64,000 nucleotides of DNA from Pelagomonas calceolata (taxonomy: Eukaryota): assembly GCA_918797485.1 (NCBI GenBank), contig CAKKNE010000005.1:3596001-3660000 (forward strand), given 5' to 3'. A program made the translations under genes and the position numbers. Below the pieces are notes generated by a model. It did no database searches, was not told the origin of the DNA, and was given only the letters and a program-made list of their open reading frames with translations. This document shows positions 11,501 to 20,557 of the stretch, piece after piece. Position 1 is the stretch's first letter. Each line of letters opens with the position of its first letter.

Positions 11501-11587
11501 GCGGCCAAGCTCTCGGCGGTCAAGGCGTCGCCCGGCGTCGAGGCGCAGCAACCCGCGGAGGGGACGCAGGAGTGCACGCAGTCCTAG
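8528..11587 (+). CDS. Kinesin-7 (CENP-E-like) motor protein
   Basis: IFAYGQTSSGKT P-loop, NERSSRSH, DLAGSE; long coiled-coil tail. Confidence 0.92.
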   Translation: METKMAETKLRVAIRVRPLRSEEGACAWRIEGENVYQADCEEVVGRTAFRYDAVYGENSATKDVYEGVCRELVDGALRGVNGTIFAYGQTSSGKTFTMQGGDKYGAGAPGLMHLAADHIFSVIEARSDTDFLLRVSYLEVYNEQLRDLLAEDGTGEVHIREHPETGVYVEGAQETVVTQPHDMAEALVQGEKRRAVGATAMNERSSRSHTVFRIVVESRPRECAEDHGVLVGAISLVDLAGSESVRLTGATGVRQKEGGKINQSLLTLSRVVQQLGEKGKENFVNFRDSRLTRLLQPTLSGKAQLAMVCCVAPSCNYVEETRSTLQFGSRAARVTLKPVVHEILDDASQLRRVKRQLAELLAKQEQHERDQASGKTEELADLLEKNEKLEADLAQRAAKMTELTKMICVGGTSQQPTKPRRRRRATCAVGARGFRPEDDSRLPQIPSFAQLRAQKKAAEPVVEEEDEPPPPPPSEDGVLGACRDDDREAEARGLPALDPPTSDNLEAAVRARLQRAADETLAVSQDADETVSELRRQLEVEKEVAEEVEGERTKIESAAEALKERLAAAEAEAGERAEAHATEVDSLKQEVAELRRLNEASHAEKVLVEESLDAVKAQLSEAEAARDALQEELASERENAKMTRDAESQATIEALQAKIDAASEARAEADRQLADAAAAADEARQAAEAENEAVLRRSREELDEARAATARAEEAAAAAEASRASVEALRDEERTESDGVRGERDSLQTECDELRTQIERERQQARDAAEARACEAADETDATIAELRRQLEVEREVAREAESERDALSKKADEAAAQTQAAHASILKSKDERIARLEKVKMTTAIFAQIQKLRTDKERALAEAKELRTRVAALEAASASPKEAREDTELAARCAAADAACKAATERAARLEARAARAEQSMSKIRTPGGRRALRETDALHDKIEFLEQENLDLMLEVKALKASQARLAASPVAVSGDVGDENAPPGPSPVAAKLSAVKASPGVEAQQPAEGTQECTQS

Positions 11588-11682
11588 GCTCCCCCGCATT
11601 ACACTACTACCAAGAATTAGAGTCGTAGTCGTAGCACCCCCCGGGCCCGTCGTTGACCGGGGGTGCATCCTTTGGCTATTAC

Positions 11683-12501
11683 TCATCCCCCGCCGACCGG
11701 CCCCACCGATGATGGCCCCGCGAGGGGCTTCGAGAACAAAATCCTCGCCGCCGCGTGCGAGCGCCGGAGGGCGCTCAGCTTCTTCCGAAGCACGTCACCT
11801 CGCCGTGACGCATCGGCCACGTCGGTCGCCAGGGTGCTGATGCTGCGTGTTGTTTCTCTATGTGCTCGTTCGAGGCCTTTTATGGCGCGGAGCGGGTCCT
11901 TGCGTGAGGAGGCCGGCGGCAGGACCGGGGGGAGCCGTTGCCGGCGGGGAGCGAACGTGACTGGGGGCTGCCTTTCGACCGCCCAGCCCCGCTCCCTTGC
12001 GAAGGCCCGGCAGTCCGCGCGACACATCGGACACGTCACCGATTTGCAGAAGGCGGCTTCGAGGCACGTTTCGCAGAACTCGTGGCCGCACGGGGTCCTC
12101 GTCGTGTCTCCGCGCAACAACTCGAGGCATATCGCACACTCGGCGTCGTTACTACGCCGCCGTGGTCGGATCCGCGACAACGCGACGCGGTTGACGCCGT
12201 TCCGCATCCAGCGTTTGATGGGCGGCGCGGTGCTTTGCCCGCGCATAGCCTCGACCTCCTCGCGGCGGATGCGGTTCAGGCTTAGGACGTGCTTGCGAAG
12301 CACGCCCTGTGCCTCATTGTCGATGCGCTCCGTGATGCCTTCGCTCGTCCCGTCGGCCGCGCGCCATCGATCTTTGGCTTCTTCGAACGTCCGTATTCGT
12401 ATGATGTTTGACGGCCTCTCCCTGATTTGCTGGAGGATGCGCCTCTCGTACTCCTCCTCTTGGTATCTACGGTACGCCGCTGCGGCGGCATCGTCGACCA
12501 T
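11683..12501 (-). CDS. RING finger protein
   Basis: CAIC..TPCGHEFCETC..CPMCR. Confidence 0.8.
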   Translation of the reverse strand: MVDDAAAAAYRRYQEEEYERRILQQIRERPSNIIRIRTFEEAKDRWRAADGTSEGITERIDNEAQGVLRKHVLSLNRIRREEVEAMRGQSTAPPIKRWMRNGVNRVALSRIRPRRRSNDAECAICLELLRGDTTRTPCGHEFCETCLEAAFCKSVTCPMCRADCRAFARERGWAVERQPPVTFAPRRQRLPPVLPPASSRKDPLRAIKGLERAHRETTRSISTLATDVADASRRGDVLRKKLSALRRSHAAARILFSKPLAGPSSVGPVGGG

Positions 12502-12565
12502 GGTCCCTTGTCCTTCAAAATGTGGGCAGCCTGGTACTGCCTTTGCGCATGGGCAGCTCTGGCAG

Positions 12566-13237
12566 TAGGGAGTTTACGCTAGCGCTTTTACTGGAATTGG
12601 CACTACATCTGCCGCGCGGGGGGGCAGCGGAAGGTCGGGCCGCTCGTCGTTGGCGAGCTCCATTTCGCTCGACTAGCCTGTGCGCCGAAGAGCCGGCCGC
12701 AAATGATGCGGCGGGCCCCAAGAACGGCCAGGCTGGGAAAGTTGTGCCTGGCGGGCATTGGGCCGCTTCGGGCGCCGATTTTCCGCGACCAACCCCCGCG
12801 CGCACGCGCCGTGGTGACTGGGAGGGTCCCTGCCAAATCTCGCGACCGACGGCGCGATTTTTGCCCGAAACCGCGTCCCGGCGAGAAACGCGGACCACAC
12901 ATAGACCGACATCTTACGAGCCGCTGCTGCCGAACTTCGTCTCAGATCGTCGTCGGCCACGTGGTGAACGATGTCCGACGCTGCGGTGGCCCGATCGGCT
13001 CGAAACGGCGCCAAAAGAGACGATCGTAGGTCATTTTGCATGGTTTTTGGCCGTTTTCTCGGCGAGAAAGGCCGCGTTTGCTGCCGCGTTTTTTGCAATG
13101 CGTCGTCCGACTGCCGGGGCCCAGCCGGGGCTGCCCCTCGGCGCTTGGCACTCGAGTGCCAATCTGAGTGAAAGCTTGGCACTCGAGTGCAGCCTGTAAG
13201 TCCTAGTGCCAGTAAAACGGCTAGCGTAAACTCCCTA
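12566..13237. mobile_element. Non-autonomous TIR element (MITE-like), ~670 bp
   Basis: Imperfect ~35-40 bp inverted repeats TAGGGAGTTTACGCTAGC..TTTTACTGG / CCAGTAAAA..GCTAGCGTAAACTCCCTA; flanks CTCTGGCAG / GTCTGCCAG resemble a degenerate TSD; no credible ORF. Confidence 0.7.
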
Positions 13238-13315
13238 GTCTGCCAGCACTCTGCTCTGTGTGGGGAGGCGAGCCGATAGCCCGACGAGGAGTATGCGTTA
13301 GTTTAAAAGTTAACA

Positions 13316-14020
13316 TTATGAATCGTCATCACGTATCGATGCCCCCGCGGCTTCCGCCTCGCGCAGAAAGGGCGCGCGGACGTCGGCGTCGTCGAGCGTC
13401 AGCTCGATCAGCGCTGCTCCGTCGTCGCGGTAGTCCTCGCTCGCGACGGTGACGCCGCGGTGTGACCACGCCGATAGCAGCCCCCGCACGCCGCCGTACG
13501 CCTCCGGCGCCACGACGAGGTCGATGGCTATTCGTGGCGGCGCGGCGGGCGCGGCGACGGCAGTTTTTAAGCAATCCCTCGCGGCTTGGCCGTAGGCACG
13601 GATCAAGCCTCCGGCGCCGAGCTTCGGCGCTGTCGAGGCCTTGTAGCGCGTGACGATCACCGCGCAGTCGACGAATTCAGCGCCCTCGATGGCAGCACGG
13701 ATCGGAGCTGCAGCCGTCCCGGTCGGCTCGCCGTCGTCGCTCATGCGCGCCGACGTGGCGCCGACCCAGGCCCAGCAGTTGTGCCGCGCTTTGTCGTCGC
13801 GATGCCTCGCGAGGAAGCCTTCGGCCTCGTCGAACGAAGTACAAGGAGCCGCGTGCGCGACGAAGCGCGATCGTTTCACGACGTATTCGACGGCATCCGT
13901 TTCAGAGGCGATCGTTGAGGCGCGTTGCGCAAGCTGGCGTCTGCCAGTGCATCTTGTAAACTGGTGCAGCGCTCCACACGCGCGTGCGTAGATCAGCAGC
14001 ATGCTGGCACGGCTCGGCAT
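13316..14020 (-). CDS. IMPACT/YigZ (UPF0029) family protein
   Basis: VKRSRFVA..ARHNCWAW..SDDGEPTGTAA..VIVTRY..KLGAGGLIRAY; start uncertain (14020 or 14002). Confidence 0.9.
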   Translation of the reverse strand: MPSRASMLLIYARACGALHQFTRCTGRRQLAQRASTIASETDAVEYVVKRSRFVAHAAPCTSFDEAEGFLARHRDDKARHNCWAWVGATSARMSDDGEPTGTAAAPIRAAIEGAEFVDCAVIVTRYKASTAPKLGAGGLIRAYGQAARDCLKTAVAAPAAPPRIAIDLVVAPEAYGGVRGLLSAWSHRGVTVASEDYRDDGAALIELTLDDADVRAPFLREAEAAGASIRDDDS

Positions 14021-14103
14021 TGATGCAACCAGCACTTGCGCGTGGGCAAATGCATCCGTATCGCCCCGCCCGCGCTCGAGCTGAGATTGCTGGGCCAGGG
14101 GTG

Positions 14104-14127
14104 CCTAGTGTCTTACAAGCCGCTAGC
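14104..14127 (+). promoter_or_regulatory. Bipartite CTAG promoter-associated motif
   Basis: CCTAGTGTCTTACAAGCCGCTAGC between divergent starts. Confidence 0.65.
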
Positions 14128-14302
14128 TAACCACGCTTCTCCTCGATAGCTTATACACGTGAGAGCGGGGAAGACCCGCCCCGGGAGCGCTCCCGAGATA
14201 GTGCGAAGGCTCGGGAAGGAACCCGGTCGGGTCAATTCTGTCAAAAGCACACAGGTGCGCAGGTCACATTAGAAAACAAGCCGAGCGCGGGCAGCCGCAG
14301 CG

Positions 14303-14695
14303 ATGGCCATGGTCTGGCGCGTGCCGCGCGCGATCACGCCGGGGTTGGTCTTGGTCCAGCCCACGTATCTCGACAGTGCGCAACAATTGGTGCCCTGCGC
14401 ATGGGAGCCGCCCGTCGGCGTCGCGCCGCCGCAGACGCCGAAGCTGAAGCCGACATCGCCATCGATCATGGCGCCGCTCCTCCTCACGACGCCGGACGCG
14501 CCGCGCCTCACACCGGTTGCGCCGTTCGCACCGCGCCGCGGCCAGCGCGAGCGCCGGCCGCCGCGCCACCTGCCTAGAGGATCGAAATTCCCCGGCGGCG
14601 GCCAAGCGACGCCGGCGCGCAAGCTCGTGTTCGTCGAGGAGGACGACGTCGACACCGCCGGCCTCGCGCTCCTGGCCCTCGCGCGCTGCGCGTGA
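14303..14695 (+). CDS. Small Pro-rich hypothetical protein
   Basis: ATG-started ORF with GC3-rich codons, followed by AT-rich 3' region. Confidence 0.5.
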   Translation: MAMVWRVPRAITPGLVLVQPTYLDSAQQLVPCAWEPPVGVAPPQTPKLKPTSPSIMAPLLLTTPDAPRLTPVAPFAPRRGQRERRPPRHLPRGSKFPGGGQATPARKLVFVEEDDVDTAGLALLALARCA

Positions 14696-14830
14696 TCCCC
14701 CTGTCCCCTAAGTTTGTGAAAACATAATTACCACTCGGATACTCTCTCGTCCTGGATGAACTCCCCGTTGAACTAGCCCACGATGAAATACAACTAAACA
14801 GTTTAAACAACAGTATGTGCGACGGGGTCA

Positions 14831-15361
14831 TCACGTCGCGCCCGGCTCGTTCTCCTCGCCCTCGTGGTTGCACCACGCTTGGAGCGTCAGGAGCACGAGA
14901 TGATCGACGGGCACGGCCGACGCCTCCTCGTCGACGGGCGCGGCTGCTATTCGTCGGTCGAGCTGCAGCCCGTTCTCGGACGCCGCCGCGACGACGGTCG
15001 CGACGCGTTCGGCGAGCGCGTCGGTCGGTGTGGCCGCGGCGTCGTCGCCAAGGGCGTCAACTGTCGTTAGCGTCGTGCGCACCGTCCTCAGCCAGTCGCG
15101 TCGCGCGGTGCGGTCCTCCGAAGACGCCTCCTCGGCGAGGTCGAGCTCCATGAGCACCACGTCCAGCGAGAATTCATGACGAAATGCGGCCACGGCACTC
15201 GCGACGAACTCTTCCAAGGGCTCGACCCTGCCGTCGGAGCGATACGTTCGGTAGCTGTCGACAAGGGAGCGAGCGGTCACGCCCAAATTCAAGGATGCGG
15301 GCCTCAGGGCTGCACAGTGCAGCAAGAGCAGGAGCAGTGGGCAGACCCTTGGTGGCAGCAT
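14831..15361 (-). CDS. Hypothetical protein with signal peptide
   Basis: Hydrophobic N-terminus LLLLLLHCAA-L; GC3-rich codons. Confidence 0.65.
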   Translation of the reverse strand: MLPPRVCPLLLLLLHCAALRPASLNLGVTARSLVDSYRTYRSDGRVEPLEEFVASAVAAFRHEFSLDVVLMELDLAEEASSEDRTARRDWLRTVRTTLTTVDALGDDAAATPTDALAERVATVVAAASENGLQLDRRIAAAPVDEEASAVPVDHLVLLTLQAWCNHEGEENEPGAT

Positions 15362-15426
15362 TGCTCTCAGAACATTCTGTGGGGGCGTCGTTCTGCGTAG
15401 AGATGCCGAGACGCGAACCGGAGTTA

Positions 15427-15449
15427 GCTAGCGACAGTAAGACACTAGC
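15427..15449 (-). promoter_or_regulatory. Bipartite CTAG promoter-associated motif
   Basis: Reverse complement GCTAGTGTCTTACTGTCGCTAGC between divergent starts 15361/15516. Confidence 0.65.
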
Positions 15450-15515
15450 AAGCCCCCCTGTCTCCGCGTGTCGCAAAAGGCTGCCCATCGACGCTCAAAC
15501 GCAGCCAAACTGCTG

Positions 15516-17102
15516 ATGGAAGAGGCGAAGAAGTGCGCCTCGCCGCGCAGCGCGGCCGCCGCCGCCGCCCGCGCCGCGCCGCCGCCGCCGCCGTCGCTCG
15601 GCCACCCGGAGCTCGACGAATGCGACGACGCCGCGGCGGCGAAGGACGACTACCCGGCGCTCGAAAAACCCGTGGAAGAGACGCCGCCGGCGCTCACGGC
15701 GGGCGAGCGGAAGGTCCACGCCTTCCTGCGCAAGCTCGAGGCGACCAAAGCACTGAACGCGACGCAGGAGGCGCAGCTCGCCGCACTCGAGGCGAAGCTC
15801 GCGCCGCCGCCGCCGCCGCCGCACCCGCCCTCGAGCTGGACTGCGAACGCCAGGGTCCGGGCGCCGCCCGCCGCCGAGCCGGAGCTGCGGGACCCGCCGC
15901 CCGCGCGGAGCGTGCGCGACGCGCACGCGCCGCCGCCGCGGCCGCCGTCGGCGCCGCTGCCGCGCCGCGCGGCCTGGCAGAACGCGGCGCCGCCGTCGCC
16001 GTCGCCGGAACGGACGCCGCCCGCGACGCCCGAGCGCGCCGGCGGCGAGTCGTGGCCCGGCGTGCGCGACGTCACGCCGCCCAAGGCCTCGCCGCCGAAG
16101 CCGTCGCCGAAGAAGCGCGTGAGCTTCTCGCCCCACGTGCCGCTCTGCGTCCGTACACGTCCCTTCGACCGGTCGCGAAGCCGCGTTCCCGTCGCGCAGG
16201 TCGAGGAGTGGCCCGGCGTCACCGAGGCCGCGCCGCGCGCCATGCCCGCGCGCGACGACGGCATGAAGGTCGTGAAGAGTAGACGGGGCCACGGCGCCGT
16301 GTCGCCCGAGACGGCGCGCGCGAACGCGCGGAAGCGTCGCGAGGCGCAGCGCCGGAACGAGGCCGGCCGCAACGTCTTCACGGGCCTCGACGACGCCAAG
16401 GAGGAGGCGCCGCCGCCGCCGGAAGTGCGGCGGCGCAAGCCCGAGGCGCCGCCGCCGCCGCCGCCGAAGGACAATTCGCCGAAGCAAAAGCCGTCGAAGG
16501 CCCGGCGGAAGAAGGCCGCGGCCGACGACGGCTTCGTCGACTACGCGGGCGACCTCCGCGAGCGCGTCGCGGGCGTCGCGTCGATCGTCCTCATGACGTG
16601 CGTCTGGTTCCTGCCGGCCCTGCTCTACGTCCTGCGGACGCCGCACGACTTCTCGCGGGAGCGCTTCCACGCCGTGCCGCCGCCGCCGCTGCGCTTCGAG
16701 ATCCTGCAGCCCGAGCGCGAGAAGCTCGCGACGTCCGAGGTCCTCGAGTGGCGCCTCTCCGAGGACCTGACGCGGCGGGCGTCGGCGACGACGGTCGGCG
16801 TCGAGATCTGGCTCGACGGCACGCGCCTCCTCGAGCAGAACCTGACCATGCCGCGCGCCGGCAAGACCGAGGCCGGCGACCTCGAGCTCTCGCGGCTCAC
16901 CTACGGCCTGGGCCACCTCCAGATGGGCATCCACAACGTCACCGTGGTCCTGGGCTCCGCCGAGCGGCCGCCGCGGTTCGACGCGTGCCAGAACACGTCG
17001 CTCTTCCTGAGCACGACGGTCGGCGAGCCGAGCCGCGCGGCCGTGCCCGAGGCCGTGCCCGAGGAGCCCGCGCTCGCCGCCGCCGCCGCGGAGGAGGGGT
17101 AA
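15516..17102 (+). CDS. Pro-rich single-pass membrane protein, unknown function
   Basis: Low-complexity N-half, one TM segment (VASIVLMTCVWFLPALLYVL), beta-rich C-terminal domain. Confidence 0.65.
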   Translation: MEEAKKCASPRSAAAAAARAAPPPPPSLGHPELDECDDAAAAKDDYPALEKPVEETPPALTAGERKVHAFLRKLEATKALNATQEAQLAALEAKLAPPPPPPHPPSSWTANARVRAPPAAEPELRDPPPARSVRDAHAPPPRPPSAPLPRRAAWQNAAPPSPSPERTPPATPERAGGESWPGVRDVTPPKASPPKPSPKKRVSFSPHVPLCVRTRPFDRSRSRVPVAQVEEWPGVTEAAPRAMPARDDGMKVVKSRRGHGAVSPETARANARKRREAQRRNEAGRNVFTGLDDAKEEAPPPPEVRRRKPEAPPPPPPKDNSPKQKPSKARRKKAAADDGFVDYAGDLRERVAGVASIVLMTCVWFLPALLYVLRTPHDFSRERFHAVPPPPLRFEILQPEREKLATSEVLEWRLSEDLTRRASATTVGVEIWLDGTRLLEQNLTMPRAGKTEAGDLELSRLTYGLGHLQMGIHNVTVVLGSAERPPRFDACQNTSLFLSTTVGEPSRAAVPEAVPEEPALAAAAAEEG

Positions 17103-17161
17103 GTACTTGTGTAGTTTACTAGTAATCGTTGTTACGAATCCCCAGGCGGAAGCGAGCGAGT

Positions 17162-17971
17162 TTACGAGATGGCGCAGCACGTCTCCCGGGACGTCTTCTT
17201 CACTGGGCGGCTGTTCTGGAAGGTCGTGCCGCCAAACATGTTGCGCGTCTTCTTCACTGGGCGGCTGTTCTGGAAGGTCGTGCATATATTGTAGTCTGGG
17301 TGGCCAAACATGTTGCAAGTATCGCAGTCTGGCCTAAGTTGCCAGTCGCCGAGCGGCTGGTTGAACGCCGAGGCGCTGTAGAACATCGAGCCCATACTCG
17401 TGACGTTGTCGACCCGCCAGTCGTTCAGCGGCTGGTTGAACGACCTGGCGCAGAGGAACATGCAGTGCATAGTCGTGACGTTGTCGACCCGCCAGTCGTT
17501 CAGCGGCTGGTTGAACGACTTGGCGCCGTGGAACATCGAGCTCATATTCGTGACCTTGTCGACCCGCCAGTTGCCGATCGGTTGATTGAACGACGAGGCG
17601 CCCATGAACATCCACTTCATCGACGTGACGCCGGAGGTGTCCCACGTACCGATGTCGTCGTTGAAGGCCCGCTGATTCTCGAAGAGCTTGCTCATGTCAG
17701 AGACCCGGCTCGTATTCCAGGTCGAAATGTGTGGCAGGCCCTCGCGGTCGCCGCCGCACCAGCGCGCCACCCGTTTTCGCAGCGTCTTGTTCGTGAGCGC
17801 CGGGCCCTCTCCGAGCACGACGCCGCCGGTCTCTGCTTCCGCCGTCCCCTCCGGCATGACTTCTTCTTCCCGCGGCGCCGCCTCGCCCTCCGCCGCCACC
17901 GCTGGCTCCTGCTCCATAGATATCGCCGCCGGCGCTTGCTCTGCTTGCTCTGGCTCTATAAAGCCCATCAT
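17162..17971 (-). CDS. BspA/DUF285-type repeat protein with C-terminal CaaX-like motif
   Basis: ~25-aa repeats W(N/D)TSxVxxMxxMFxxAxSFNQPLNDW; ends CCAIS. Confidence 0.88.
   Translation of the reverse strand: MMGFIEPEQAEQAPAAISMEQEPAVAAEGEAAPREEEVMPEGTAEAETGGVVLGEGPALTNKTLRKRVARWCGGDREGLPHISTWNTSRVSDMSKLFENQRAFNDDIGTWDTSGVTSMKWMFMGASSFNQPIGNWRVDKVTNMSSMFHGAKSFNQPLNDWRVDNVTTMHCMFLCARSFNQPLNDWRVDNVTSMGSMFYSASAFNQPLGDWQLRPDCDTCNMFGHPDYNICTTFQNSRPVKKTRNMFGGTTFQNSRPVKKTSRETCCAIS
17192..17283. repeat. 54-bp-period duplication in the DUF285 gene C-terminus
   Basis: CGTCTTCTTCACTGGGCGGCTGTTCTGGAAGGTCGTGC at 17192 and 17246 (TTFQNSRPVKKT twice). Confidence 0.85.
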
Positions 17972-18117
17972 GATTGCTGCTCATGGACCGCGGACCGCTG
18001 CCCTGGCGGGCGGCCTCGCTCTGGCTGGCAGCGTTTTCCCTCACTCTGAGGTCAGGCTGCCCCTGTTCCTCTGGCAATGTCTCTGCAGCGGATCCGCTTC
18101 CGATTTTTTTAGTTCTT

Positions 18118-18151
18118 GCTAGTGTCTTACCTGTAAGTACAGGCCGCTAGC
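18118..18151 (+). promoter_or_regulatory. Bipartite CTAG motif with 10-bp insertion
   Basis: GCTAGTGTCTTAC[CTGTAAGTAC]AGGCCGCTAGC. Confidence 0.55.
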
Positions 18152-18278
18152 TCGATTTTTTAATTCCCATTTTTTTCATGCCTTAATCCAGTTGCCTTAA
18201 TCACGCAAGGGCAGCCCGGGGTGGTGTGCTGCTTCACCACAATGCATCGATGCGCCATGACGCCGTGAGCTGGGCAGC

Positions 18279-19701
18279 ATGCGCCTCGGCGGCGTCCTAC
18301 TCCTACTCAAGGTGGTAGGCGGTGTCCCCGACCTCGCCGCGTTCGGTCCCACCGCACCGGACAACGTGTTGGAACTCACGAGCGGCGACAGGAAGGCGGC
18401 CCGCGAGGCGATGCGGCGGCACCCGACGCGCTTTGCCGTTTTGATGATGGCGCCGCGCGTCGGCTCGAAGATGCTCTGGAGCCAGCTCAGGAGCTACCGC
18501 CCCGGCATCGTGCACATGCTCATGGAGGGGAACGACGCGCGGCTCAAGGACGAGCTGCCGAACGCGACGGTCGCCGAGCGCGTCGAGGCGCTACTCAGCA
18601 AAGCCGAGGCGATCGCAATTCGGCGCACGCCCCACCACCGGGGCCGGCCCAAAGCTGTCGGCTTCAAGACCGCGAAGAGCTGCGTGTGGGACCCCGCGGC
18701 GCGGCGCTACCGGCCGACGCCCGTCTACGACGACGCTTCGACGGCGGCCCTCGCGGACGTGTGGCGGGGCGCGGGCGTGCGCGTCATCTGCCTCGCGCGC
18801 CTGAACGGGCTCGCCTGGGAGATCTCGCGGGCGCGCAAGCTGGTGATCAACGCGTTCTACGACGAGGTGCGCGCGAAGGCGCTCGAGGTCTTCGCGCTGC
18901 TGGGCGACGGCGCACTCGCCCGAGACGACGTGATCCGCGGCGTTGCGAAGAATGAATCTATTGCGCAATTCCGGGCCGAGCTGAGCGGAGGGCAGGCGTC
19001 GACGATATTGGCAGGGCTGCTCGACGCGCCCGACCAGCTGAAGCACGCGCTACCGAAGGCCGTGGATAACACCACCTGGGCGGCCGCCGTCTCCGCCGCC
19101 GCGACGCGCGCGGCCACCTTCACGGTGCCCCTCGACTGCTCGCGGCGCGGCCTTTCGAAAATCGCCAACGAAACGCTCGAGCACGTGCGCCAGTTCCACG
19201 GCGAGTGCGCCTCGCTCTGTGTGGAAATCAACCGGTGCGTCGGGTGCACCCGACAATTCTTCACTTAGTCATTTCTCGGCGATGACGCCGCCGTCCTGGC
19301 TCGGTCGAGCGGTGAGGAACCGACATCGCCACGCCATCGAGCAGGTTTCGTGTCGATGGCGTGGAGGTCGACGCGGCGATTCAGGACGAACGCGCCGTAA
19401 ATTGATTTCCACACAGGCCACGCTCGGGACGCGGACGCGCGCGCTCTGGGTGCCCTACGAGGCCATCAAGGACGGCTCGCCGCGGCAGCGGAAGGAGCTC
19501 GCGGCGGTGCTGGACTTTCTCAACTTGGATCGGCGTGCGACCATCACCGCCGATACGACCCACGACTCGCCCGGCGCGACGGCGAACTACGTCGCGGACG
19601 CGGAGCGGTGCCGCGCGACGCTCAAGCCGAACGCGTATCTGGGCGCCATGCTGGACGATCCGTATTTCCCCTACGTACGGAAAGGCCCCGCACTAGTGTG
19701 A
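18279..19701 (+). CDS. Secretory-pathway sulfotransferase-like protein; join(18279..19208,19417..19701)
   Basis: Signal-like N-terminus; PSB-like APRVGSKMLW; WVPYE..VLDFL. Removing intron 19209-19416 gives in-frame ..GEC|ATLGTRT.. Confidence 0.65.
19217..19416 (+). mobile_element. Introner element copy 1 (creates GC-AG intron 19209-19416)
   Basis: 15-bp TIR CTGTGTGGAAATCAA..TTGATTTCCACACAG; 8-bp TSD GCCTCGCT/GCCACGCT; closely similar to the copy at 48527. Confidence 0.92.
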
Positions 19702-19727
19702 TATGTATCGTGTACAATGAACAACAC

Positions 19728-20297
19728 TTACTTCTCCCTCGTCCTCCTCGCCCTCTTCGCGCGCGGCGCCTCGTCGGCGTCGCCGCGCACGGCCCAGTGC
19801 ACGTCGATCTCGTCGCGGCTGAACGTGTACGAATGGCCGCGGACGACGAGGTTGTAGTGCTGGCGCCGCGTCCGTTGTAGAATAATCATGATATTCTGCG
19901 GATCGATCACCACAAAGCGCCCTGCCCCGCGCGCGGCCTCGTCGAGGATCGCAAACCCGACCTTTTGATGAGCTGCGATGGTCCGCAGGGCGAAGTCATC
20001 GGCCCAAACGCACCCGGCTGCTCCGCCCGGTATTCGCAGGCGCGCGCGCAGCGCGTCCAAATCGTCGCAGTCGTCGACGAAATCGTAGTCCTCGAGCCCC
20101 GCCGCGCGCGCGGCGCGAAACGACTCCAACGTCTCGTCGTCGCACGCGTCGGCGACGACGTCGCGGAGGTCCTGCGTCGTCGGGTCGCCGTCGAAGGCCT
20201 TGGACACACAAGCAAAAAAGCAGTCCCCGTCGGCGTCGACGAACTCGAGCGACCAGTCGTCGCCGAGCAGTTTCTTCAGCGTCGCGGTGCGACTCAT
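19728..20297 (-). CDS. OTU-family deubiquitinase
   Basis: DADGDCFFACV catalytic Cys motif, WADD, QHYN His motif. Confidence 0.85.
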   Translation of the reverse strand: MSRTATLKKLLGDDWSLEFVDADGDCFFACVSKAFDGDPTTQDLRDVVADACDDETLESFRAARAAGLEDYDFVDDCDDLDALRARLRIPGGAAGCVWADDFALRTIAAHQKVGFAILDEAARGAGRFVVIDPQNIMIILQRTRRQHYNLVVRGHSYTFSRDEIDVHWAVRGDADEAPRAKRARRTREK

Positions 20298-20557
20298 TTT
20301 GGTTTTTTTAGGGCATAGCAAGCTGGCTGAGCTCCAGTGCAGCAAACGCGTCGGTGCTTGCTTGCTCCCGTACGGCGTAGCAGCACGCAATCACACTGCC
20401 TCCTTAATCAAGCTAGAAAGCCGGAAACGGCCGTAGAGATGCGTTTCTCTCCTTTCGCAGCTCCGCGTGGCTAGCACGCGACCACTGCGATGCGCCTGCG
20501 GCGACAGAGCATCGATGCTGTGCGTATGGCAGCCAAAACGTGTGAAAACCAAAACGC

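Noticed and set aside
12522..13199. ORFs inside the two TIR elements (also 29812-30286) as transposases
   Set aside because: Short, no DDE or other transposase motifs; the elements are non-autonomous
14165..14230. Short GC hairpins/palindrome (CGGGAGCGCTCCCG) as an ncRNA
   Set aside because: No recognisable RNA family; expected at this GC content
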